Shown here piece after piece: positions 24,423 through 35,866 of a DNA stretch of 64,000 bases. This stretch comes from Amoebophrya sp. A120 (Eukaryota > Protista > Dinoflagellata): NCBI GenBank assembly GCA_905178155.1, contig CAJINV010000020.1, forward strand, positions 930,001-994,000, in the 5' to 3' direction. Numbering within the stretch: the first letter of the stretch is position 1; each line of letters begins with the position of its first letter. A model generated the notes under the pieces. That model saw only the letters and a list, made by a program, of their open reading frames with translations. It was not told the origin of the DNA and ran no database searches. The translations under genes and the position numbers were made by a program.

Positions 24423-27400
24423 TCACTGTCCGGCGGAAGCAGGTGGTGCTGGATTTGCGCTCGAAGAGGATGAAGATGCGGCTACTCCTGAAGCTGTCCC
24501 GGGTAACATTTCTGCATCCGCTGATGTTCTTCCAGAATTAGCTTCAGCACTAGCTCCGACAACAACTCCACCACTTGCAGTACTAGCCGCCCTGGTCGAC
24601 GACGTCCACAATTTTGCGAGCATCCCGTGCGCGAAGAGAGACAGCTGGTCCCCGGTGTCCAGACTGCGAAACAGGATGGTGGTGGGCCGCTCCAGGGGGT
24701 TTGAGTACCAGTCGGGCGTCACGAGCCGGCGCAGGCTACTGCCGCGCTGCCTTGCCGCCGCGGCGGCGGCACACTGCCGGATTTCGGGCCCGCGGTGCTT
24801 CTCAAGGAGCAGGAACCCGTCGATAAACAGGCCGAGGGCCAACAGGAACTCCCGCAGGGCCAGCATCTCCGGGAGCCGGTGCATGTATCAAGTGCAAAAG
24901 TGTCGGAAGATTGCGAGACTTGTCATGCTGATCTGGCATGGCCGTCAAATCTGTATTGCGTGGCCACAGAGAGCCTCTCTCGCATGTCATGAAAAAACAC
25001 AGTTTCTCATGCGGAATAACGCAGCACAGAAGCACAAAAAAACTTGTCATGCTTGGCGGCGCATTACAGTGCATTTGTTATTGACTGTCTTGCATTACAA
25101 GTTTCCAGACCCAGACATATTTGCATTTTGTAGCATGTGGCGGAACACCACCCCCGTGGCCACCGTCATGATCTGCTTTTCCGGCGGCTGCGCCGCCAGG
25201 TCGGGGGACTCGAGCGCGGTGGCCAGTGCGAGGATCAGCGGGTCGTCCGTGGTATGCATTGCAAAAGTATAATCGTACTGGTGGTATTAACTGCAGTCGT
25301 CCATTACAAATTTATTTTCTTGAGGTAGATCCGCATTACAAATTTCATTTCTCAACATGCTGAAGAAAAAAATTGTGAAGATGCGATTAGGTACTACTTA
25401 TCTATTACGACACTTTTGCATCCGGTACTCGGGGAGGTTGTTGAACAGTGTCTGGAACGCTTTCACGTCCTTGCGGAGCACGCCTTTCACGTACTGGGTG
25501 AAGTGGGCGAGCAGGTTCGTTTTTGTGTTCTGGTTGAACGCGAATCCGAAGTCGATGAACGTCAGCTTTCCCGTTTCGGGATGCACCATGATGTTCCCCG
25601 GGTGCGGATCCCCGTGGAAAAAGGTGTGGGACGGCGCAAACAAAGCGTGGTATATCAAATGCAAACATGTCTGGGTCTGGAAGATCGCTATGTTTGTCAT
25701 GCATATTTTGCGTGACCCATGATGTCTGCAATGCATGCCCTAGCATCACAGATTTTTATAGGGCTTCCTAATGCCTATTCCGCATGAGAAATACCGTCCC
25801 CGCATAGCACAAGCTGGGCGCCTCTTGCTGGTCATGCAATACAGATTTTTTTAGATTCCAAAAACAGCATCACAAGTTGAAACCTTCCAGACCCAGACAT
25901 TTTTGCATTTGATATGGTAAGACCAAAGACGAAACAGGTTGGACAGGTTTTCCGCGACCAGGCACACGGAAGCTTGCTGAGAGGAGGAGGAGATTCTAGC
26001 AACAGCGTCATGATTGTCTTCACTTGCCGCTTGTAGTGCCCAGGCTTGCAACGTCATACCCTCTGCAAATTCGGTCAGGATTGCGGGTCGCCGCTTTTTA
26101 TGCACTGCAAAAGCATCGACATCGTACTCGTATTGCAGTCATGCATTACAAATCTTTTTCTTCAGGTCAATCAGCATTACAAATTTTATTAATTTCTCAT
26201 GCTGAGGAATTTTTTTGTAATGCATTTATACGAGTACGATACTTTATTTGCACTGGATACTTTTCCTCCGGAAGGTCTGCCTCGTCGTCATCGTCTCCGT
26301 GGCGGAACCGTTTTGTGTAGTCGTCAATCCGGTGCAAAAAGCGGACGGCACCCAGCTGCGCCAGCTTCTCGCGGCTGAGGACGCCACTGCTGTGGCTGTT
26401 CAGAGTGCGAAGGAACTTCTCGCTGAAGTTTTCACTGTTGTACAGCAAGTTCGCCTTCTGCAAGTTCTCTTATGCACTGCAAAAGTAATAAATATCGCAC
26501 TCGTAGTAAGTAATCGCAGTCATCATCGTTCGTTGTGGATCGGCTCTGCCGACCGGGTAACCCATCGCCTCACATACAAATGACCGACATAGGCGAACCC
26601 CGTTGCAGGACATACAAATTGGCCGTACGGAAGGGCCCTAAGCGCTACATACATAGTCCACCCTAAGCGCCTAGCACTTCGGTCGGGACTGAGTCTACCT
26701 GGTCCTGGGGGTCTACAGCGCACTAGCCCTCTCCTAGCATAAACAGATTGGGTCACCATGCAAGACAAATATCCTTTTCAAGGTGAATCAGCATGACAAA
26801 TTCATTTGTCTTCACGCTGAGCGAATTTGTATTGCAATGCAAGTACTACAAGTACGATACTTTTGCAATGCATATCTCCACCTCTTTGGAGATGTCCAGC
26901 TCAGCCTCGATGCGACCGAATTGAAAGTTCAGGCCGGCCCGAACCGAGCTCACCAGATCCGCACTGTCGCCAGTCGCTGCGGAGTCGTCGAGAATCTTGT
27001 TAATCACCTGCTTCTCCGACTCCAAGCGATCCTGGAGGTACGGACGCTGAATGCGCAGCCACATCTTGTCGGGGGTCCGGTTCACCTCCTTTGCCTCCAA
27101 CCGCTCGGCTTCTTCTGGTGTTTCATCTGGGTTAGCATCCATTTGCTCGTCCTGCGCCGGGGCGCCCCCGCCGGCTCCCGCTACAGCAGAAGACGAAGAA
27201 GATCCTTCTTCGCCACGTAATGCTCTCAACTATCACGAGAAAAAAGTGTTACAGTTACACATGTGTTGGAGTTTCTGCATCACAAATTTTCTCTGTGTGG
27301 CAGAGAAAACTTGCAATGCGAAGATCATAAGGGAAAACAGCAAGGAAACGAGGCTCCCAAGCATTTCCTGCACGAGAAAGGCTGTCTGTGTTGCCGGTGT

Positions 27401-30400
27401 TGCAACACAATGTGCAACTGTAACACTTTTTTCTCATGATATCAACCACTCATCCTTTACTCGCTGGAATTCCGCGAGGCGGTCATCGAGCTCCTCGATG
27501 TCCTTCTCAATTTGCTCGTGTTTTTGAAGCATTTGTTTCAAATGTGCTAGGGGCTCGCCGCTTGTTCCTGTGGCGTGGTCATCTTCAGAACCTTCCTTGT
27601 TTTCTTGCCCCGGGCCGCCCTCGTGATCCCCACCAGAAGTAGTTCCTGCACCTCCCACCGCGTCCTGCTCAGGCATCCGCGTCACCAGGTGGCCCTGCGC
27701 CATGGTGCCAACCGCGTCGGGCGCGATTTTGGCGAAGTACCGATGGCGATCCTCGTAAACCAGCACGAAGTGCTATCCTGAGTAAAATCGTACCCACACC
27801 AGAGTCAGGATGGGGATTTTGCAACACAAACCTAGGAGTTTCGTGAGTCACCCATGACAAGTTGCGCTCTGCAGTGTAGTGCAGGTTAGCAAGTGCAGCC
27901 GCGTCACAGATTCATCTGCTCATCCTGTTCAGAGCATCACAAATTCCAAAACACGATTGGAAATGGCTCTCATGGGGATGCGCATTACAAGTCTTCCTGT
28001 CTTTGCAAATCTGCATTACAACTCTGGTGTGGGTACGATTTTATTCAGGATAAATGCTCGTGTTCGCTGTAGGACGCGTAGTTCGACGCTTCTTGTTGAG
28101 GCTGGTCTACTGCCCGAGGTGTTGATGTAGCAGTAGTTGTCGGCACTCCTGCTCCTGCCAGCACAGCAGCACCCGAAGATGAAGCGGCTACCGCTCCTCC
28201 CGAGCTATTACTAGCTTCCTCGTCGTCGTCGCTGAATGCGCTTTCCAGGTCGATCTCGTGGTTCAAAAACGCAGCGACGTGCTCCCGGTCCCGCCGAGAG
28301 TGCACCGGTTGGTCCTTCCAGATGAAGTCACTGGTGTCCTGCCCATTCAAGTTATGAAATGCAAAAGTGTCTGGGTCTGGAAGATTCTGAGACTTGTCAT
28401 GCACGTTTTGCATGGGCCATGATGTCTGTGATGCATGCCCTAGCATCACAGACTTTTTGAGGGCTTCGCGATGCCTATTCCGCATGACAGATGCCCTCTC
28501 CGGCGCGTAGCCAAAATTAACTTCTCTTTGCTGCTCATGCAATACAGATTTTTTTGGAATCCAAATGCAGCATCACAAGTTCGGATTCTTCCAGACCCAG
28601 ACATAATTTTTGCATTTGATACAAGTTCTTCCGCACCGTGACCAGCCAGCCCGTGGGACGGCTGTCGTGCCGACGGAAGAGTTTGGGGGAGTCGTACTTT
28701 CCGGGACGGCAGTGCCCTTTGTAAGTATGGAAGCGTCAGGATCGAAATCGACAAAGTTGAAATAATTTGTCATGCATAAACTGCAAGGCATTTTTCAGCG
28801 CCTCTCTTGCGGGGATGGCCAGAGAGCTCGACTGTCAGCCAGTTTGCGGTCTGCGATAGAGCTGCCAAAGTGAAAGTAGCACGACAAAAGACGTCCTCTG
28901 TACCGAAATAGCATGACAAACTGGATTTAGACGGTGCCGACATTTGTCTTCATGCGCCGCTTGGAAATTAGGCTTCCAACTGGTCTTGATTTTATGCATC
29001 GCAAGCTACTACTTCAACTTTGATGACGATTTCAATCCTGACGCTTCCATAGGAAGTCCAGTGGTAGTAGGAGAAGTGCTCATTCTTCGGGCCGCACAGC
29101 TGTTCCCAGACCTGCCACCAGGTCATCGGCTATCAAAAGGAAAAATCCCCCCACCCCATACTCAAACTAGAAATTTGTGATGCAGATTTGTGGTCACAAA
29201 TCAGCTTTGTCATGCTAGAAGGGGAAAGATGCAGACTATAGTGCTGGTTGGCGTGGGAAAGCGTTGCATCTTCAGCATGACAGGGGGCAGCTGGAAGTGG
29301 GAAACAGCATGACAAATTGCCTACAAACGAGGCCACAGCTGTGTCTCTCTTGGCCTTCTAGCATTACAAGCCGATTTGTGTACTCAAATCCAGCATCACA
29401 AATCTCGTTTTCGATATGGGGAGGGGGGATTTTTCCTTTTGATATCGGCGCGTCCAAATTCTGCCGGAAGGACTGCAGCAGGGCGCGGGTGTCTGGGTTT
29501 TTGGCCTTGTATTGTGAGGAAAAATCCCCCCTCCCCAATTTGTGTTGCTGATTTGTGACCACAAATCGCGTCTGTCTTGCAAGACGGCAACCCCACCGGC
29601 TCCGCCGCATTATGCAGGGCGGTTTGTCATGCTGTGGGGCCTACAACACGGACGTTTTTCATGCCAAGTGCCTAGGTCACAGCATCTCTACTCAGGCTTC
29701 GTTTGGGTCTGCAGTCCTCTGCAGCAAGACAAATCTGATTTGTGTACTCAAATCCAGCATCCGAAACTTCGTTTTGATATGGGGAGGGGGGATTTTTCTT
29801 CTTGATACCTTGTCCGCGAAAATCTGCACGTTCTTTTGCAGAAACGGTCCCGTGTGTGTGAGCATCTTGCCCAGTGTGCGCGAGTGCGGGGGCTGCTGCA
29901 GGTAGGCCTATCAAATGCAAAAGTGTCTGGGTCTGGAAGATTCTGAGACCTGTCGTGCACGGTTTGCATGAGCCACGATGTCTGTGATGCATGCCCTAGC
30001 TTCACAGGCTTTTTGAGGGATTCTTGATGCCTATTGCGCATGACAAATGCCCTCTCCGCGTGGCAGAAATTAGATTCCTTTTGCCGTCATGCAACACAAA
30101 TTTTTTAGACATCCAAATGCAGCATCACAAGTTGCATTCTTCCAGACCCGGACATATTTGCATTTGATAAGGCCAGGATGAGATCCATTTTCAGCTTCTC
30201 GGTGCCGCGGTCAAAGTATCAAGTGTAAAAATGTCTGGGTCTGGAAATTTGTGATGCTAAAATGTGCAAGAGGAAGTCACTTGCTTATGCAGGAAAGCAT
30301 GACAAGGTTGCAGCACGCTTTCTCATACCAACTCCGCATGAGAAACTGCGTTTTTGTATGACAGAAGAGGCTACCACTGTTCTTGGTCATGCAATACAGA

Positions 30401-33400
30401 TTTCACAGGAATGCAAGACCAGCATTACAAGTTCGACCTTTCCAGACCCAGACATTTTTATATTTGATACAAAGTAGTCGGTGACGAAACGGTGCAGGTA
30501 GGGCTTCATCGGGGCGGGCAGGTCTTCGTCGTCGATGATGCTCGCGATCTCCCGCAGCGTCTCAACCAGGTTCGGTGCCAAGTGCTGCAGTTTCAGGTCC
30601 CGCTCCAGCTTCTTTCTCGCGGCTTTCTCGAAGCGCTGCAACAGCCCCGCAAAGTTGGTGGAGAAGATGCGGGTGTAGTGTGTTCGGACGCGCTCGAGGA
30701 TCCGGCCCAGGGTACTAGCGGGGTCCACGTTATTCCCCGGTCCGGGCCGCCAGTTCAGGTCCTCCAGCACGCGGCTCGGCCCATCCGGGTCCAACCAGCG
30801 CACGGGCTGCGCGAGTCTCTCGGCACTCATGTCTTTGACGCCGGCCATCGCCTGCGTCGCAACATGGTCAAGCAGTTTGAAATATGAACTGAAAAAGTGT
30901 CTGGGTCTGGAAGATTCTGAGACTTGTCACGCATGTTTTGCATGACCTAGGACGCCTGTAATGCACGCCCTAGCGTCACAGATTTTCTTTAGAGGGCTTC
31001 GCGATGCCTACTCCGCATGACAAACGCCCTCCCCGCGTAGCACAAACTAGACTCCTCTTGCTGGTCACGCAATAGAGATTTTTTTAGAGTCCAAAGTTAG
31101 CATCACAAGTTCCAATCTTCCAGACCCAGACATTTTTGCACAGAATATCAAAATGGGCGTGAACAGTTGCGACACGAACAGGTTCGTTACGAGCTCCCAA
31201 ACCTCCCGAATCCGCAGCGGTGGTGGGGCGTCGGGATGATTCTGTTCGTCCACGTTATGGGAGTGTCATGATCGAAATCGACAAAATCGAAAAATTTGCG
31301 ATGCATAAAATGTAGGGCACGCGAGGCCTGTATTGGGGAGCAGGCAAATGAGACCGATTGTAAGCCTGTTTAGGGGTATACAATGCGTTGCCACAGTAGC
31401 ATGGCAGGAGCAGTCTGCTTTGCCCAAACAGCATGACAGACTGGATTTTGGTGGTCCCGAAATTTGTCATGCGCCACTTAGAAACTGAGGCTCCAACTGG
31501 CATCGATTTTGTGCATCACAAATTTTTCGATTTTGTCGATTTCGATTCTGACACTTTCATACGCGTCAGCATCAGTTTCGTCTTCGTTCGCTCCAAATAG
31601 CACGCGCGCTCGCTCGTACAAGTCGGCTCCAAATAGCCTGGCCGCCGCAGGCGCACTTCCACTTGCAGCACCAGTTGTACCAGCGTCATGATCTTCATCA
31701 TCAGTCATGGGAACCACGACGGCGTCCCCATCTCCGGCGATGTTGTCAGCAACAGGGGTTCTGTCAGCGGCACTTCTCGACACAGGATGTGTAGTGCTGG
31801 TGCTAGCAGCACTAGAACTAGCTGCAGCCGCCGTAGCACTACTCGTCCCCGCGGTAGAGGACGGCGCTCCTGTGCCACGATGCGACGCGGTACTTTGTGC
31901 CTCTTGTTGCACGCTCCGCGCGCGGTCGCGCGCCAGGCCTCGTAGTCCTCGTTGCAGCAGTTTCTGCAGTAATCGGTTGAAGTAAGCATTGTGCGTGATC
32001 TCGGGCAGTTCCTCACTCACCAGGGCCTCGCGGCGCTCCATGCCGGGATAGGTATTGATGTTTTCGAGAAAAACTTCGTGGACCGCCTGCAGCTCCGCCA
32101 GATCTACACTGTCGGCGTCCCGCGGAAAGAGGGCCGGCAGGTCGAGAGCTCGGAGGTTTCGCACGAACAGCACGACGGCCACATCCACCAGCCTTTCGCC
32201 CACCTCAGAAGACCGCTTGACAGCTTTGATCACGCCATCGAGGGTGCGCAAATCCGAACCAACGTGCCGTTGGTGCAGCCGGGTGAGGGCGCCGCGCAAA
32301 GATCCGGGCGCGGGCGGCATTACCACGTTCTTCACGATCTCTATCAGAACAGTCCAGCCCTTCTTCCGCCAGTTTCGCAAAACGTTGACGCTTTCATCTG
32401 CCTCGTCCGCCGAGGACCGCACAAACAGCGCCAGGTCGCCCAAAGTACGCTTCTCCGCGAAATGTGCCCAGAAAAATTCCAACTCCTCGGCGGCTTGCTC
32501 GATCCAGTTTTCTCCGAGGTCCACCACGTTTTCTTCCGGTCGCCGACCCAAAAAGATCTGGAAGAAGCGCGCGGTCTTGCGCCAGCCTTGTTGGGCGAAC
32601 CCGTCCACAATGAAGCTGAAAATATCACTGAGCGTGTCGCAATCCACCAGGTACTCGGCGATCTCGCGCGCGGGTCCCGGGGGCCCATTAACCTTTGTGT
32701 ACAACGAGAGGAGATTATGCATACAAAAACACGGCGGACCCATTCATCCCATGCTTGCAATTTATCACTATCAACATGCAAAATTATATATAACATGCGC
32801 GTCCACCAAATCCTGTATCTGTGATGCTAAAACAACCGCGCCGACATTGCCATTGTCCATTATCCTGTATCTGTGATGCAAAAAGTGGATGGAGATGGGT
32901 TCTTTTTGTTTCTGTGGATAGAGGGCGCGCAGAACCCCAGTGTCGGGAATCCCGAGGTTTGCTGCTCCGAATCGAGTTTCGGACCCGGTTTCCGCCGGTA
33001 GTTCGTCAGCGTTCTGGTTGTTGTTCATCCTGCGCTCCGTTGCAGCGGTCTCCTCGTGCTCAGCGAGGGCTTCCGCAGTGCGCCAGATCACATTTTTCCC
33101 GAGCGAGGGGTCATTCGGGATGAACGTGTCGTGTCGGTCGAGAAACGGTACTACTTCGTGAAGCCACGCAAGGACGGGCTCCAGCAGCAGAGCAGTGGTA
33201 ACGTCATCCTTGTTTTGCAGCTTCTTCAGCCACGCACCCCAGCCGAACGCGTCGCGAAAGGCGTAGGTCTTTTGGGAAAGGTCAACTAGCGACTGCATGT
33301 ACCCCCGCGTGTCGACTCCAGTCAAGTCCCCGCTTTTATCAAATGCAAAGTGTCTGGGTCTGGCAGAGTCGTGCTGTTTTTGCATGACACAGAAGGTCTG

Positions 33401-35741
33401 GCATGGAAGCTCTGGCATCACAGGTTTCGAGAAGCTTCCGCAATGCCGAATCCGCATGACAGGTCCCTGATTTTGGTGACAGAAAGTGGGCAGCTCTTGC
33501 TGCCTATGCATGAGAGATCTTTCTGTGTTGTGAAATGCGCATCACAAGTTTGTATCCAGACCCAGACATATTTGCAATTCATAGCTTTTCTGGATCTTCC
33601 TGTGCAGGAAGGAGTGGTGCAAGATCGCCCGCAGACCCGTCTGAAACAGATCGCGCACCAGCTGGTGCATCCGCTTCGAGGTTATGCAATACAAATTTCC
33701 CGTTCATCCCGTACGTCGTGTACAAGATGCATGACAAATTTCACCAGATTTTGGACTAAACCCACACTTGTCATGCTATACTAGGATCGGAGCCACGTTT
33801 TGTATATGCAGAGACTTCCGCCTTTGTACGTGATCATGCACGGGAAATTTACTGTGGATAGAGGTCAGCAACGGACCGACGGCCAGCACCGCGGCCTTGA
33901 GCACCTCGCGCCGGTCCACCAGGTCCAGGACGGCGAGAAGGCTGGGTATGTACCAGGTCATGAAGCCCCCCAGCCCAATGCCCTCCCCCAAGGGTTTGGC
34001 TAACTTCTGGAGAAACTGTTTGCGTTCTCTCTCGCCTTCTTCGGCCAAGCCGCCTGGGACCGGCGTGCGCCCTGGAACCATGCTCTCGGGAAGGAAAAGG
34101 GGAAAGGCGCGCTGAAGGTCGGCCAAATACCCGGCCACCCGCATCACATCCTGCTGTCGCGGGTTCAGGTTCACGTTGCGCTCAGCCTGCGTCTCAAACA
34201 TCCGGCGGTCAAATCCGGGGCCGAACACATTGCCGAAATGGCCAACCATGTCGGACGCCAGCGCGAAATAGTTCTCCAGCGTCCCCTTCACGACGGGGCG
34301 CCACCGCGCCCAGACCAGCGTCTTCCAGTCTTTGTCGACCGCCGGTACAAACTGGCGAAACTGGTCCAGCAAGGCCGGCGGGAGTTCTGCCCAAAAAGCT
34401 GCGTCGGCCAACGTCCGCTGGTCGAGAAACCACTTGTAGAGGCTCGACGGGGACTGAAACTCGTTGTAATAGGGCGTGCCCCCGGGCACCACCGGGCCGC
34501 GCCCGGCCAGGCGGTCCACGACAAACTCCCGGTCCAGCAGCTTCGGAGCCAGGGCGCGGTACGCCCTCTGCACCTTCTGGAAGGTCGCCCGGATGTGCGC
34601 GTGCCAGGTCAGGTCACCGCTATCCACCTGAAGAAAACGTCCACGCGCCCCCATAGTCAAGTTGGTGTTCATCTGCAAGACAATTCCAGAGGTAGTTTCG
34701 GGAGTGAGGCATGACACGTTTTGTTTCTCTGCATTTTTGTGAAGACGCGGGTTAGCAAGATGAACACCCGAACAATCACAAAGCCATCTTCCTGGTATAT
34801 TCCTGTTTTGTTTACATCAGCATCACAAAATCCAGTAGTACACGATTGAAAATCATGCCTCTCATCAGCATGGGGATCATGGATCATGCGCATCACAGAA
34901 GTGTTTCTGTGCTTGCATATCAGCATGACAAGAACTCTAGTGTCGTGGATGTTTTTGCTCAGGATAACTGCCCTTGGGTTGGAACGCGTTGCCAACCTGT
35001 CTCTGCGCGTCGGTGATCAGCTGCAGCCAACCTTTGTTGATATGGGAGTGTCAGGATTGAAATCGTCAAAGTTGAAATAATTTGTGATGCATAAAACGGA
35101 TGCCAATTGTAACCCAGCTTCCAAGTGGCGCATGACAAATTTGGGTAGAACCGAAATCCAGTTTGTCGTGCTGTTTGGGTAAGGAAGACGCCTTTTGTCA
35201 TGCTACTTTAGCAGCTCAGTTTCTACACCTCAACAGGCTTACAATCTGCCTCATTTGCCTACTCTGCAAGACAGGCACTTTATGGGCTGCATTTTATGCA
35301 TGACAAATCATTTCAAGTTTGACGATTTCGATCCTGAAGCTTCCATAGTTGATCGGGTGCTCGTCGTCTTCGTTGTCCGCGAAGGTGTATCCAGTGCAAA
35401 AGTATCGCACTATTCTAATTGTAATTGCAGTCATGCATTACAAATCTCCTGCCCAAGGTAAAACAGCATGACAAATTCCATTTTTCATACTGAGCAAATT
35501 TGTCATGCGATTCATACTAGTACAAGTACGATACTGTTGCATTGCATAAGGTGTCCAGATCCGCAATTTTGTCCAGGTAAAATTTGTGCATCTTTTTAAA
35601 CGTGGCATCATACACGTCCACGCGGGAGCGGAGGTCCGAGCCCTGACAAATGAAAGCCGCCACATTACCGTCATCATCCCGCACCGCCGTGTAGCGACGG
35701 CTATCCGGCTGCTCCACAATCGCGGCCATATCTGTAGACAT
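24423..35741 (-). CDS. ABC1/ADCK atypical kinase-domain protein, ~1912 aa, 21 introners
   Basis: Motifs KIQRP-like LRIQRPYL, ELD...E..N, ILTEFAEG, FFHGDPHPGNIMV, LTFIDFG. Hand arithmetic: 11319 nt minus 21 elements (5475 nt) minus 21x5 = 5739 nt = 1913 codons. Confidence 0.85.
24886..25132. mobile_element. Introner family A
   Basis: TIR (ends GTA), DR gcatg. Confidence 0.88.
25253..25427. mobile_element. Introner family B
   Basis: TIR (ends GTA), DR cgtgg/ctcgg. Confidence 0.8.
25653..25914. mobile_element. Introner family A
   Basis: TIR, DR tggta. Confidence 0.92.
26099..26259. mobile_element. Introner family B
   Basis: TIR, DR ctttt. Confidence 0.9.
26471..26874. mobile_element. Introner family B carrying a nested 233-bp insertion (26524-26756)
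   Basis: TIR, DR tctct/tctcc, insert flanked by cat/cat. Confidence 0.85.
27231..27441. mobile_element. Introner family H
   Basis: TIR, DR tcaac. Confidence 0.92.
27774..28052. mobile_element. Introner family G (TATCCTGA..AAAA.CGT.CCCAC)
   Basis: TIR, DR agtgc/aatgc. Confidence 0.9.
28353..28621. mobile_element. Introner family A
   Basis: TIR, DR caagt. Confidence 0.92.
28726..29051. mobile_element. Introner family D
   Basis: TIR, DR gtaag/ggaag. Confidence 0.9.
29131..29444. mobile_element. Introner family E
   Basis: TIR, DR tcggc. Confidence 0.92.
29510..29807. mobile_element. Introner family E
   Basis: TIR, DR ccttg. Confidence 0.9.
29909..30169. mobile_element. Introner family A
   Basis: TIR, DR aggcc. 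Confidence 0.92.
30217..30469. mobile_element. Introner family A
   Basis: TIR, DR caaag. Confidence 0.92.
30883..31147. mobile_element. Introner family A
   Basis: TIR, DR tgaaa/tcaaa. Confidence 0.88.
31256..31561. mobile_element. Introner family D
   Basis: TIR, DR cacgt/cgcgt. Confidence 0.9.
32716..32920. mobile_element. Introner family C, diverged
   Basis: Imperfect TIR, DR gagat/gaggg, joins LRAL|LSLYTK. Confidence 0.78.
33337..33583. mobile_element. Introner family A
   Basis: TIR, DR gcttt. Confidence 0.9.
33683..33860. mobile_element. Introner family I
   Basis: TIR, DR gaggt. Confidence 0.9.
34621..34966. mobile_element. Introner family G, diverged
   Basis: Imperfect TIR, DR accgc/actgc. 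Confidence 0.85.
35041..35347. mobile_element. Introner family D
   Basis: TIR, DR gttga. Confidence 0.92.
35388..35548. mobile_element. Introner family B
   Basis: TIR, DR aggtg. Confidence 0.92.
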
Positions 35742-35866
35742 CGGGAATGTAGGTCATGATGTGTTGAATACGTGAAAATATTTTGGTTTTCATTCTATTG
35801 ATTGCAGGAGCGCATGAAGAGAGATAGAGATGAGAGTCCTCGCCGTAACAGTAAACTATGTATACA

